From Candidatus Saccharimonadales bacterium (GTDB taxonomy: Bacteria; Patescibacteriota; Saccharimonadia; Saccharimonadales; UBA10212), in contig DASTXL010000002.1 in NCBI GenBank assembly GCA_035758565.1, positions 147,118 to 211,117 on the forward strand: a stretch of DNA of 64,000 bases, in the 5' to 3' direction. Position numbers and translations under genes: made by a program. The notes below the pieces were generated by a model. That model did no database searches. It was not told the origin of the DNA and saw nothing but the letters and a program-made list of their open reading frames with translations. Below, one piece after another: positions 7,383 to 16,433 of the stretch; within the stretch, counting starts at the first letter, position 1; each line of letters begins with the position of its first letter.

Positions 7383-7799
7383 TTATAACAGCGTTCCTAT
7401 TATGAAGCTGGCCAGGACCCAGGCCAGGGCGGCAATGATTAGACCCACTATGGCCGAGGTTATGCGGCTTTTGGCGCTTTTGACGTTTTCGGGGCTGCCG
7501 CCAGAGGTAATTAAGTTTATGCCGGCAACCACAATGATAATAATCGAGGCAAAACCAATAATCAGACTTAGGACTTTGGCGGTTTTAGCGATCGCGTCTA
7601 TGGCTGGATTTTTATCTTTGCCCTGTTGCTCGTTAGCCTGCTGACAAATGGCCGAGTTCTGGACGTTTGTGTTGGTGTTATTATTGCAGGCCCGATTTAG
7701 CGGATTGTAGCTGCCGATGGCTGCTGCTCCCGAGGCTAAGCTTATACTCGCAAATACCCCAGCAAACATAAGAGCGAGACACTGAAGTAATCTTTTCAT
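7383..7799 (-). CDS. TrbC/VirB2-like T4SS pilin paralogue P4
   Basis: Signal peptide MKRLLQCLALMFAGVFASISLASG. Core IIIIVVAGINLITSGGSPENVKSAKSRITSAIVGLIIAALAW. ATGA overlap with P5. Confidence 0.7.
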   Translation of the reverse strand: MKRLLQCLALMFAGVFASISLASGAAAIGSYNPLNRACNNNTNTNVQNSAICQQANEQQGKDKNPAIDAIAKTAKVLSLIIGFASIIIIVVAGINLITSGGSPENVKSAKSRITSAIVGLIIAALAWVLASFIIGTLL

Positions 7800-8089
7800 G
7801 TTTGCACCTTCAGTATAAATTCAACGATGGTCGAGGCCAGACCAATCACCAAAAGCCCAATAAAGGTATAGATAATCATACGCTTAGATTGCCCAACCAT
7901 TTCGGAGTTGTCGCCGGCCAGCGTATAGCGCAGAGCGGCAATTAAAAGAATTAAGAAGGCTATAGCGCCAATTAACACATAAAAAACGTTTAGAGCGTGC
8001 TGGATGGTCGTGCCGTTGGCCGATGTATCGGTGTGCGGCAAAGCGATATCGTTTTTATTTAATATTTGTTCGGCGATATATTTCAACAT
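7796..8089 (-). CDS. TrbC/VirB2-like T4SS pilin paralogue P5 (no obvious signal peptide)
   Basis: 97 aa. Core FLILLIAALRYTLAGDNSEMVGQSKRMIIYTFIGLLVIGLAS. The N-terminus is hydrophilic. Confidence 0.65.
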   Translation of the reverse strand: MLKYIAEQILNKNDIALPHTDTSANGTTIQHALNVFYVLIGAIAFLILLIAALRYTLAGDNSEMVGQSKRMIIYTFIGLLVIGLASTIVEFILKVQT

Positions 8090-8093
8090 ATTT

Positions 8094-8474
8094 TTAACTC
8101 AGGGAATTTCCTACAAAAGTTACCATGGCAGTGGCCGCCATCACAATGGCTAGGCCAACTATCGCATGAACAATACTGCGTCGGGAACTGGTGATTTTCT
8201 GCGGATTACCAATCGCCAGTAAGTAATTTACGCCGGCAACCATAATCATAACTACCGCAATAATACCGGCAATGTGCAGCATAATATCGAGTATGCCCAG
8301 TGCCGCAGCAAAAATATCAGATTTGATGTTGAAATTAATAATGCATTCGTTTGCGGTACTCGAGCTAGTGTCTAAGAATTGCCACCAGTGTGGGATGCCA
8401 AAGAACCCGCCCTTGCTGCAAGCATCAGCTAGGTAGGGAGCAATCATGCGAATAGCCCTCCGGGGATTAGCCAC
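8094..8474 (-). CDS. TrbC/VirB2-like T4SS pilin paralogue P6 (no obvious signal peptide)
   Basis: Core IIAVVMIMVAGVNYLLAIGNPQKITSSRRSIVHAIVGLAIVMAAT. An alternative start at 8447 (MIAPYL...) makes an ATGA overlap with the P7 stop and may be the real start. Confidence 0.65.
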   Translation of the reverse strand: MANPRRAIRMIAPYLADACSKGGFFGIPHWWQFLDTSSSTANECIINFNIKSDIFAAALGILDIMLHIAGIIAVVMIMVAGVNYLLAIGNPQKITSSRRSIVHAIVGLAIVMAATAMVTFVGNSLS

Positions 8475-8833
8475 TGCAAGAAGCCGAATATCAGCATATA
8501 GAGAACTAGCGCGATCAGTGCATTAGCAATGCGTTTTTGGGCCGCTCCAATTTCGTTAGAGTTATCGCGTGCTAAGGAATACTGAATACCGCCCAAAATT
8601 ACCATTCCAACGACTATAACCCCTACCAGGCCGCTGGCTATATTCACTACTGTACGAACATCGGCAATGAACTTATTGTGGCTCAAGCACTCTTGCTCGG
8701 TTTTGTTCACGCAGCCGTTACCAAAAGTGCTGCCAGCATCTGATCCAGCGGCTAACGATACGTGGGGGATAAAGAAACCAAGGCTAAGTATAAGCGTTGG
8801 CAAAAGCAGTAACAGTTTTAGTTTTTGTATCAT
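8444..8833 (-). CDS. TrbC/VirB2-like T4SS pilin paralogue P7
   Basis: The ORF track extends to 8854. The internal start MIQKLKLLLLLPTLILSLG at 8833 parallels the MIQKIK/MITKIK starts of P2 and P3. Core VIVVGMVILGGIQYSLARDNSNEIGAAQKRIANALIALVLYML. Confidence 0.65.
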   Translation of the reverse strand: MIQKLKLLLLLPTLILSLGFFIPHVSLAAGSDAGSTFGNGCVNKTEQECLSHNKFIADVRTVVNIASGLVGVIVVGMVILGGIQYSLARDNSNEIGAAQKRIANALIALVLYMLIFGFLQWLIPGGLFA

Positions 8834-8902
8834 GTCGCTACCTTTTTTAAGCATAACAGTTTGGCGATATTTGGCAAGAAAAGCTTAAGTGCTTTTAATC
8901 TG

Positions 8903-8929
8903 TTGCAAGCATAAAAACTATGGTACTAT
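8903..8929 (+). promoter_or_regulatory. candidate extended -10 promoter for the plus-strand T4SS operon
   Basis: TTGCAA (8903-8908) and TGgTACTAT (8921-8929). The spacer is only 15 nt, so this is weak. Confidence 0.25.
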
Positions 8930-8956
8930 TTGAAACAGATATATATAAGAATAAAA

Positions 8957-11900
8957 ATGAGACTGACTAAAAGACTTGGGTTGGGCACAGTTTTAACCGT
9001 CTTGACGGTAGCCGTGCTGATGGGTCTAGTCGGATCGCGCCCAGTTAAAGCCGTTGCCGGATCTTGGTTTAGTACCGCCAACGTCCAGGCGGTATCTGGC
9101 GGTTCGGCCTTTTACTTTACGGACACGGGCGGCAAAACCGTGAATGTGAGCATAAAAGACCAAAACAATAAGTCGGTTACGGTTGGTTTTACCATAAACG
9201 GCAATGTAGCGCCGCAGAAAAACAACACATACATCTACACCAACTCAGCTGACTTTTGCCAGCCAGCAGACGGCAGCTATCCACCGGGCACTTACCAAAA
9301 AAACAGCACCATTGCCGTGCAGATCACCGGCAACAATCCTACAACCGGCAAGATTGTCCAAACCTATATAAACGGATTTACGCAAGAAAATGTTGGTGTT
9401 TGGCCCGGTCAAAACCAAACCAACTGCGGTATAGTCGTGGGCACCGGCAACAACCAGCAACACTATCCAGTAGCAATAAAACAAGATAGCGTGAGCGTTA
9501 AAAACTCTTCGCAGGCATCCGGGCCCGGCTCTAATTTCACCAAAAGCGCTGTTAGTAATTCCGTATTCAAATTTGTGGGCAACGCTGGCGTTATAAAAAT
9601 GGCCCTGCCGGGGTCTTCTGGCACCGACGCTACTTTTGTAGATAAGCAACCCTACGACAAAGATTTTAACTACGTTTCGACTTCCAAGGTTTTTTGCGAT
9701 GGCAACGGCGGATTAAGAACGGGTCAGCTGAACCTAACGCCGACTTCAACTTTTGACAGTATTGCCATTAAAGCGCAGACGGCGTTTAGCTACTTTAACG
9801 GTTCTAAATGTGTTTCGGACCCAATCACCATTAGTGTTAATAATCCCCAGGACAAGCTCACCGGTGGCATCACCTCCACGCTGGCCGAAGAATTTGCCCA
9901 GTGGGACACCGACAGCAAAGGCAATGCTGTTATCGATATCTTAAAGTGCAACACCAGTGATGCGACCTGTTCCACAGATTTTCAAATGTCTGTACTGCAG
10001 AATGCCGGCAACAAAACATATGTTCAGAACAACTCCAGCCAGTGCGGTGGCTACAACGTAAAGCTCGATTCAGTCAATGGATACACGGGTAATTTTTATC
10101 AGAACGGATCTAGCAACTGTAGCCAGTCCAACAATAGGATCGTTGGCATAACTGGCACCTACAATCAGGCTGCAGCCCCAGCTACACCCGCAGACGGCGG
10201 CGGCACAGTATCCAATCAAAGTTGCGACACCAGCACCTGGAGTTTTGGCTGGCTATTTTGCCCAATCTTATCTGGCATAGATGATGTGATCAGCAATCCC
10301 CACTATGGTTTAGACGCCGTAATTCAGGGTCAGCTCAACTTTAACACTAATGAGAATCTTGCCAATTCTGGCGTTGAGCCAGTTTGGACGGCCATTCGCG
10401 ACATATCGAGCATATTTTTGATAATTATCATGCTGGTGATGGTTATTGCCCAGGCGCTGGGTGGACTTGGGGGCCTGGACGCTTACACCGTTCGAAAAGT
10501 TTTGCCAAAAATAATTATCGCGGTTATTGCCGCTCAGATTTCCTGGAATTTGCTGATTTGGGTAATTAATGTGGCCAACGACGCCGGCCAGGGAATAGCA
10601 GACCTTATGTTCTTCCCGTTCCCGGGCGGGGCGTCCGCTATGCAATTGCAGAATCTAATAGCTAATCTGGGCGCCGGGGCGCCGGCCGGCATAACCAGCG
10701 CGGCGCTATTTTCTGGTGCTTTAGTGGTTATTTTAAATCCGTTTGGGATTGCGATTTTTGCACTGGCCGCAATCATGGCCGTTATAACCGCCGTGGCCAG
10801 CTTAATGATTAGAACAGCGCTCATTATTGGCTGTGTAATATTCTTCCCGCTGTTTATGATGGCTTGGATATTACCGGGCACTAAAAAATACTGGGACATG
10901 TGGAAGAGCAATTTTTCTAGGTTGTTGATAATGTTCCCCCTAATCATGGCCATGATTGCCGTAGGCCGGATCTTTGCTTGGATTGGGGGCCACAATGGTT
11001 CCACCGGCCTGTTTGACGTTATTGCCGTACTGGTGGGCTATTTTGGCCCGTATTTCTTTATTCCAAAAGCCTTTAAGTGGGGCGGCACACTGCTCACCCA
11101 AGCTAACGGCGCCATCAGCGGTGTGACTAGCAAAATTGGCGAGGGCCCAAAGAAGATTCTGCAAGAACGCCAAAAAGAGCTGGCTCACCAGAAGCAAATC
11201 AGCGCCGCCATGAGACTCAATGAGTTAGAGCGTGGCAATGCAGGATTCCGAAAGAAATTTGGCAGCGCTATTAGAGGAGACAAGTTGCGCTCCGGTGAGT
11301 GGGACCCGACTTACATAGGTATGCCTCCTGGTATTGGCCGAAAGGAAATGATGCGTCAACGACGTGAAAAGATGGCTAAATTCCGTGCCGCCGTACCAAG
11401 AGCCGAGGAAGAGGAAATTAAAGACGCATTTGATAAGTTAACTCTTCAACAGGCAACAATGACCGAGGACCAGCGCAGGGATAACTACAGGCGCATTATC
11501 AATGATGGAAACTCATCCTCAGCAGAAATTCAAGCTGCCCTAAAACAAGCGCTGTCAGATCGCGACTACGCCACTGTCGAAGACTGGGTTAACGCCAATA
11601 CGAACAGCGAACATGGCCGCGAACAAATCAACACTTTCCGCAAACTCAATGCCGGCGAACTATCTGTAAGAGTTCCTCACTTGCTTAAGGGTGATCTAGA
11701 TATAGATCCTAGTAGTCCGAACTATGGCCAACACCAAGGTATCATGCGAGCCGCCGGCAGCAACCAGCAAGAGGTTGCCCAGTTCCACGGCCGAACTGTT
11801 GAGGCTATAATTTCTCACCTATCGCAGAGGGCTCAAGCCGGCGATGCGGCAGCTGGTACTGCTTTGCAGGGATTTTTGCGGACATACGCCGCGGCCACCG

Positions 11901-12637
11901 CCAATCCCGATGTTAGCGGGAACATTAATCAAGACGCTGCGAATGTTGTTCGTCGTTTCGTAGACGAGCATCAAGCTGTAGCATACGACCCAGCCGGCAA
12001 TCCAATCACTTATTATCGATCGAGGCAGGGCCTGGGGCATGTTGAGCAAGGACCTGGCATGACGTACCGAGATAGCCTGATTCACGATCCCTCTTTTGCC
12101 CAAACCGTAAGTACTTTGACTACTAATGTACAGGACGGGGGAGTTATTACGCCAGGCTCAAGATCAGCCCCGCCGCCAGCCGCAGACCCAACAGTTATTC
12201 ACCTACAACACCAAACCAACTATAATGTCAGCCTGCCTCCAACGGCCGCCATTACAGCACCACCAGCTGGCGCGCCGCCAAACCCCCAAAGAGAGGCCTA
12301 TAAAGCCAGCGTTATTTCCGACGAAAGTACCGCTCAGACCCTGGCCCACAGCTTGGCCTACGACGTCGATCCTGCCGGACGAGCAACCCACATATCAGCC
12401 CTACAGGAACTTAGAACAGCCAGCGTTGGTAATGCCGACAGGACTGCTGCCTATAACTCGGTTATTACACGAATTCAACAAGCCTATACCCAAAGAGTCC
12501 GAGACGCAGCCGAACACGCCAGGGCCAACCCGCCAGCCGGCATGACACCAGATCAAGCTGCCGCGGCCGCTAGCCAAGCGGAGCAAGCTGCGATCGCGCC
12601 GCAGATGCAAGCTTTTGAAAGCATGAGGATAATTTAA
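8957..12637 (+). CDS. giant VirB6/TrbL-like polytopic T4SS membrane protein with large N-terminal ectodomain and long C-terminal extension
   Basis: The ORF track start at 8930 is a TTG; the ATG at 8957 gives MRLTKRLGLGTVLTVLTVAVLMGL (signal or anchor). A central block of at least 6 TM helices spans about nt 10370-11090 (IFLIIIMLVMVIAQAL, IIIAVIAAQISWNLLIWVINV, FGIAIFALAAIMAVITAVASLMI, CVIFFPLFMMAWIL, LLIMFPLIMAMIAVGRIF, VIAVLVGYFGPYFFIP). The stop overlaps the next start (TAATG). Confidence 0.6.
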   Translation: MRLTKRLGLGTVLTVLTVAVLMGLVGSRPVKAVAGSWFSTANVQAVSGGSAFYFTDTGGKTVNVSIKDQNNKSVTVGFTINGNVAPQKNNTYIYTNSADFCQPADGSYPPGTYQKNSTIAVQITGNNPTTGKIVQTYINGFTQENVGVWPGQNQTNCGIVVGTGNNQQHYPVAIKQDSVSVKNSSQASGPGSNFTKSAVSNSVFKFVGNAGVIKMALPGSSGTDATFVDKQPYDKDFNYVSTSKVFCDGNGGLRTGQLNLTPTSTFDSIAIKAQTAFSYFNGSKCVSDPITISVNNPQDKLTGGITSTLAEEFAQWDTDSKGNAVIDILKCNTSDATCSTDFQMSVLQNAGNKTYVQNNSSQCGGYNVKLDSVNGYTGNFYQNGSSNCSQSNNRIVGITGTYNQAAAPATPADGGGTVSNQSCDTSTWSFGWLFCPILSGIDDVISNPHYGLDAVIQGQLNFNTNENLANSGVEPVWTAIRDISSIFLIIIMLVMVIAQALGGLGGLDAYTVRKVLPKIIIAVIAAQISWNLLIWVINVANDAGQGIADLMFFPFPGGASAMQLQNLIANLGAGAPAGITSAALFSGALVVILNPFGIAIFALAAIMAVITAVASLMIRTALIIGCVIFFPLFMMAWILPGTKKYWDMWKSNFSRLLIMFPLIMAMIAVGRIFAWIGGHNGSTGLFDVIAVLVGYFGPYFFIPKAFKWGGTLLTQANGAISGVTSKIGEGPKKILQERQKELAHQKQISAAMRLNELERGNAGFRKKFGSAIRGDKLRSGEWDPTYIGMPPGIGRKEMMRQRREKMAKFRAAVPRAEEEEIKDAFDKLTLQQATMTEDQRRDNYRRIINDGNSSSAEIQAALKQALSDRDYATVEDWVNANTNSEHGREQINTFRKLNAGELSVRVPHLLKGDLDIDPSSPNYGQHQGIMRAAGSNQQEVAQFHGRTVEAIISHLSQRAQAGDAAAGTALQGFLRTYAAATANPDVSGNINQDAANVVRRFVDEHQAVAYDPAGNPITYYRSRQGLGHVEQGPGMTYRDSLIHDPSFAQTVSTLTTNVQDGGVITPGSRSAPPPAADPTVIHLQHQTNYNVSLPPTAAITAPPAGAPPNPQREAYKASVISDESTAQTLAHSLAYDVDPAGRATHISALQELRTASVGNADRTAAYNSVITRIQQAYTQRVRDAAEHARANPPAGMTPDQAAAAASQAEQAAIAPQMQAFESMRII

Positions 12638-13551
12638 TGGCAGTCTACAAAGTGATCCAGGATATCGAAGCCGAAGACAAGTTGCTTGGGCCGCTGAGCC
12701 TTAAAGGATTTGTCTATGCCGCTACGGCAGCACTGCTGGGTTTCATAAACTTCAAGTTGCTGGTTAGCGAAGCGCTGGGTCCGGTAAAGTGGGTATTCAT
12801 TTTTCTATTTATATTTCCGATGATTTTATTCGCCGTACTGGCTAGTCCATTGGGCCGTGAACAACCGACCGAAGTCTGGCTGCTAGCGCGTATTAAGTTT
12901 TTACTCAAACCTCGTCAACGTATTTGGAGTCAGCTGGGACTAAATCAGCTAGTAACAATAACTGCCCCAAAGAAAGAAGAGCAGCATCTTATCAAAGACC
13001 TTTCTCAAAATGAGGTGCAGAGTCGTCTGCAAGTTTTGGCACAAACTCTAGATACTCGTGGTTGGGCCGTCAAAAACGTGGCCGTCAACTTAAATACGTC
13101 TCCGGACTATTTGCAGGCAGCCGACCAAAACTCCGACCGGCTTATTGGCACCGATGTGCTAAACGTACCGGCACCAGTTATAGATGTTCGACCAGATGAC
13201 GATATTCTAGACGCCCAAAGTAACCCAACCGCTCAAAATTTCCAATCGCTTATGCAACAAGCCGAAGAAACCCGCAAAAAAGAATTGGCCGATAAGCTAG
13301 AGCAGGCGCGCAAGACTGGCATTATTTCTAAACCAAGCGCACCCAAAGAGAGCAATGATACCAAGGAACTGCTCAACGAAATGCACAAACGGGCCCAATT
13401 CTATACCGGAAAAACAGATACACCCTCAGTGACACCCGAGGTGCAAACTGCTAAACTGGAGCTAGCCCAAAGCGGTAATGATTTAAGCGTGGCCACGATT
13501 GCCAATTTGGTTAATCGAGGCAGCGACGAAATAGTGGTACCGCTACACTAG
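12637..13551 (+). CDS. PrgI-family (VirB3-like) T4SS membrane protein with extended C-terminal region
   Basis: N-terminus MAVYKVIQDIEAEDKLLGPLSLKGFVYAATAALLGF followed by a second TM helix, which is the PrgI/VirB3 pattern. Sits immediately upstream of the VirB4 genes. Confidence 0.65.
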   Translation: MAVYKVIQDIEAEDKLLGPLSLKGFVYAATAALLGFINFKLLVSEALGPVKWVFIFLFIFPMILFAVLASPLGREQPTEVWLLARIKFLLKPRQRIWSQLGLNQLVTITAPKKEEQHLIKDLSQNEVQSRLQVLAQTLDTRGWAVKNVAVNLNTSPDYLQAADQNSDRLIGTDVLNVPAPVIDVRPDDDILDAQSNPTAQNFQSLMQQAEETRKKELADKLEQARKTGIISKPSAPKESNDTKELLNEMHKRAQFYTGKTDTPSVTPEVQTAKLELAQSGNDLSVATIANLVNRGSDEIVVPLH

Positions 13552-13572
13552 CGCCTAGGGGTGGGATAAACA

Positions 13573-14505
13573 ATGAATGACGGCCAAACACCAAATCAAA
13601 ATCTACCGTTTATACCGGGAACACCATATCCTGGCGTTTCTGTAACTCCAGGATCTAGCATACCTCCAGCACCAAGCACTCTGCCGACCTCCAGCCCGCC
13701 GCCCGTACCGTCGATACCGGGTCAGCCACCCGTCGCCGGCGTTCCGCCTACGCCTTCTGCTAAAGAAAAAGGTTCGGCGACCAACCCAAACAGCACTCAA
13801 AATGCTCTCTTGATAAGCGAGATTCGCGACGGCATTATCATCATGAACGACGGCACTTTCCGGGCGGTAATTATGTGCAAGTCTATTAACTTCGACCTCA
13901 TGAGCCCCGAAGAGCGAGAAGCCGTTGAATTTAGTTATCAGGGATTCTTGAACTCGCTTTACTTCCCAATTCAAATATTTATCCGCAGCCAAAAAGTTGA
14001 TATCCGTCCTTACCTAGAAAAAATGGACAAGATTCGTACTCAAACCGACAATATGTTGCTTGGCCTTTTAATGGAAGATTATGTTGCCTTTTTGGCTGAC
14101 ATTGCCCAGCAAACCAACATTATGGACAAACGTTTTTACGTGGTAATTGAATACCCGGATCCAGACGAAAAAGATCTTAAGAGCTCTATTAAGCAAAGCA
14201 CTGGTTTCTTCACCGGCTTAGCCGATCTTTTTGCTCCCAAGAGTACGCATGTTGTGGTCAATGAGGCGCAGCTGGAACAGGCTAAAACAGAGTTGCGCAA
14301 CCGGGTGCAAGCCGTAATGCAGGGTCTGCAGGAGTGCGGCGTTCAAAGTATTCCGCTAGACACCCAGGAGTTAATCGAGCTTTACTACGACGCCTACAAT
14401 CCTGACACCGCCACCCGCCAGCAGTTAAAAAACTTCGAAGATCTAACGGCTCCGGTCATCACCAAAGCCACCAGTCCACAAGCTAATCCGGGAGGAGCTA
14501 GCTAA
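13573..14505 (+). CDS. T4SS-associated protein: Pro-rich N-terminus plus VirB4 N-terminal-domain-like region, no ATPase domain
   Basis: DGTFRAVIMCKSINFDLMSPEEREAVEFSYQGFLNSLYFPIQIFIRSQKVDIRPYL...RFYVVIEY follows the pattern of the VirB4/TrbE N-domain. No Walker motifs. TAATG coupling to virB4. Confidence 0.5.
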   Translation: MNDGQTPNQNLPFIPGTPYPGVSVTPGSSIPPAPSTLPTSSPPPVPSIPGQPPVAGVPPTPSAKEKGSATNPNSTQNALLISEIRDGIIIMNDGTFRAVIMCKSINFDLMSPEEREAVEFSYQGFLNSLYFPIQIFIRSQKVDIRPYLEKMDKIRTQTDNMLLGLLMEDYVAFLADIAQQTNIMDKRFYVVIEYPDPDEKDLKSSIKQSTGFFTGLADLFAPKSTHVVVNEAQLEQAKTELRNRVQAVMQGLQECGVQSIPLDTQELIELYYDAYNPDTATRQQLKNFEDLTAPVITKATSPQANPGGAS

Positions 14506-16430
14506 TGGCTTTATTTGGCAAAAAAAATAAGACGCCTATTACTCCAGCCATGCAACAGGCTCTGGAACAACAAGAGGTAAGTTCGGCTTTTGCCAAGGGC
14601 GTAACCGCACTGCGCGACTTTATCGCGCCGAGCTCGCTGGTGTTTAATGGCAATTATTTTCAGCTCGGCACCCGTTATGCTCGCACCTACTATGTCTACG
14701 GCTATCCTCGTCAGCTCTACACCGGCTGGCTATCTGGCATGGTTAACCTCGATGAGGTTATGGACCTGTCGATTGTTATTCATCCAGTAGATAGCCAGGT
14801 GGTTTTAAATAATTTGCGCAAAAAAGTTTCTCAACTAGAAGCTGGCATCCAGATCGATTCCGAAAAGGGCCGTGTCCGTGACCCAGGCAAAGAAGCAGCC
14901 GTGCAAGACGCCGAAGAAATGCGCGACAAATTACAGGTAGGTGAAGAACGTTTCTTCCGCTACGGCATGTACTTCACAATCTACGGCGGCTCAATGGAGG
15001 AGTTGGAGTTTGTCAGCCACAAGGTTGAAAGCCTTCTGGGCCAGCAGCTTATTTATTCCAAGGCAGCCACCGCTCAACAAGAACAAGGCTTGAATAGTTG
15101 CTTGCCGCAGTTCAGCGACCAGCTGCAGATTTATCGCAACATGAATACCGGCGCCATTTCTACCAGCTTTCCTTTTACCAGCGCCGACCTATCCCAAGAT
15201 AACGGCATTCTTTATGGCATTAATATGCATAATTCTGGCCTGGTGATCTTTGACCGCTTTAGTTTGGAGAATGGCAACAGCGTGGTGTTTGCTAAATCCG
15301 GCGCCGGCAAAAGCTTTACCGTTAAGCTTGAAGCTTTGCGCTCTATGATGCTTGGTACGGAAATATTCATTATCGACCCCGAAAACGAATACCAAAAAAT
15401 GTGCGATGCCGTCGGCGGTGCATATGTCCGCCTGAGCTTAAACAGCGTTACCCGGATTAATCCGTTTGATCTACCAAAGGTCATTGATACCGATGACGCC
15501 GACAATCCTCTGCGCTCTAACCTTATTACTTTGCACGGTTTACTGCGGTTAATGATGGGCGGTGCCCAAATAGAAATGCAGGCGGCCAACGGAGCAGCCG
15601 TAGCACCGGCGCTAACTCCGGTAGAAGAAGCCGATCTAGATGCCGCCTTAATTGAAACTTACGCAAAAGCCGGCATCACTAACGACCCACTAACTCATGG
15701 CAGCACGCCGCCAACCATTAATGATCTTTACGATACTTTGCTGCACATGGGCGGCACCGGACCGCAACTGGCTCAGCGTTTGCGCAAATACACCAGTGGA
15801 ACTTTTGCCGGTATCTTCAGCCAACAGAGCAATGTTGACGTCAATAACGCAATGGTAGTGTTTAACATTCGTGACCTAGAAGATGAGTTACGCCCGGTAG
15901 CCATGTATATTGTCTTGAATTATATCTGGAATAAGACTAAGGCCGACAAGCGCCGCCGCATGCTGGTTGTTGACGAGGCCTGGCAGTTAATGCGCTACGA
16001 AGATAGCGCCAACTTCTTGTTTAGTCTGGCTAAGCGAGCTCGCAAGTACGAGCTCGGCATCACTACTATTACTCAAGATGTCGAGGACTTTATGGCCAGT
16101 CGCATGGGTAGGGCAATCGTAGCCAACGCCAGTATGCAGATTTTGCTCAAGCAATCACCAACCGCCGTGGATGTTTTAAGCGATGTCTTTAAGTTAACCA
16201 GCGAAGAGAAGAAGCGCCTCAGCCAGTTCCCGGTTGGACAAGGTTTGTTCTTTGCCGGCCAGAACCACGTTCATATTCAAGTTATCGCTAGTCCGACCGA
16301 ACAAGAACTTATTACAACTACCCCAACTCTTGAGCAAGAAGCTTCCCCTCGAGCCGAAGTACCTCTGGCAGACAGCCAGCTTCCCTCGGATCTAGAAGCT
16401 GCCCAAGCCCAACCAGCTAGCGGAGTTTAA
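14505..16430 (+). CDS. virB4: VirB4-family T4SS ATPase (monoderm PrgJ/TcpF-like type)
   Basis: N-domain YARTYYVYGYPRQLYTGWLSGMVNLDEVMDLSIVIHP. Walker A FAKSGAGKSF. Walker B RRRMLVVDEAWQL. Downstream ITTITQDVEDF. Confidence 0.9.
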   Translation: MALFGKKNKTPITPAMQQALEQQEVSSAFAKGVTALRDFIAPSSLVFNGNYFQLGTRYARTYYVYGYPRQLYTGWLSGMVNLDEVMDLSIVIHPVDSQVVLNNLRKKVSQLEAGIQIDSEKGRVRDPGKEAAVQDAEEMRDKLQVGEERFFRYGMYFTIYGGSMEELEFVSHKVESLLGQQLIYSKAATAQQEQGLNSCLPQFSDQLQIYRNMNTGAISTSFPFTSADLSQDNGILYGINMHNSGLVIFDRFSLENGNSVVFAKSGAGKSFTVKLEALRSMMLGTEIFIIDPENEYQKMCDAVGGAYVRLSLNSVTRINPFDLPKVIDTDDADNPLRSNLITLHGLLRLMMGGAQIEMQAANGAAVAPALTPVEEADLDAALIETYAKAGITNDPLTHGSTPPTINDLYDTLLHMGGTGPQLAQRLRKYTSGTFAGIFSQQSNVDVNNAMVVFNIRDLEDELRPVAMYIVLNYIWNKTKADKRRRMLVVDEAWQLMRYEDSANFLFSLAKRARKYELGITTITQDVEDFMASRMGRAIVANASMQILLKQSPTAVDVLSDVFKLTSEEKKRLSQFPVGQGLFFAGQNHVHIQVIASPTEQELITTTPTLEQEASPRAEVPLADSQLPSDLEAAQAQPASGV

Positions 16431-16433
16431 AGC

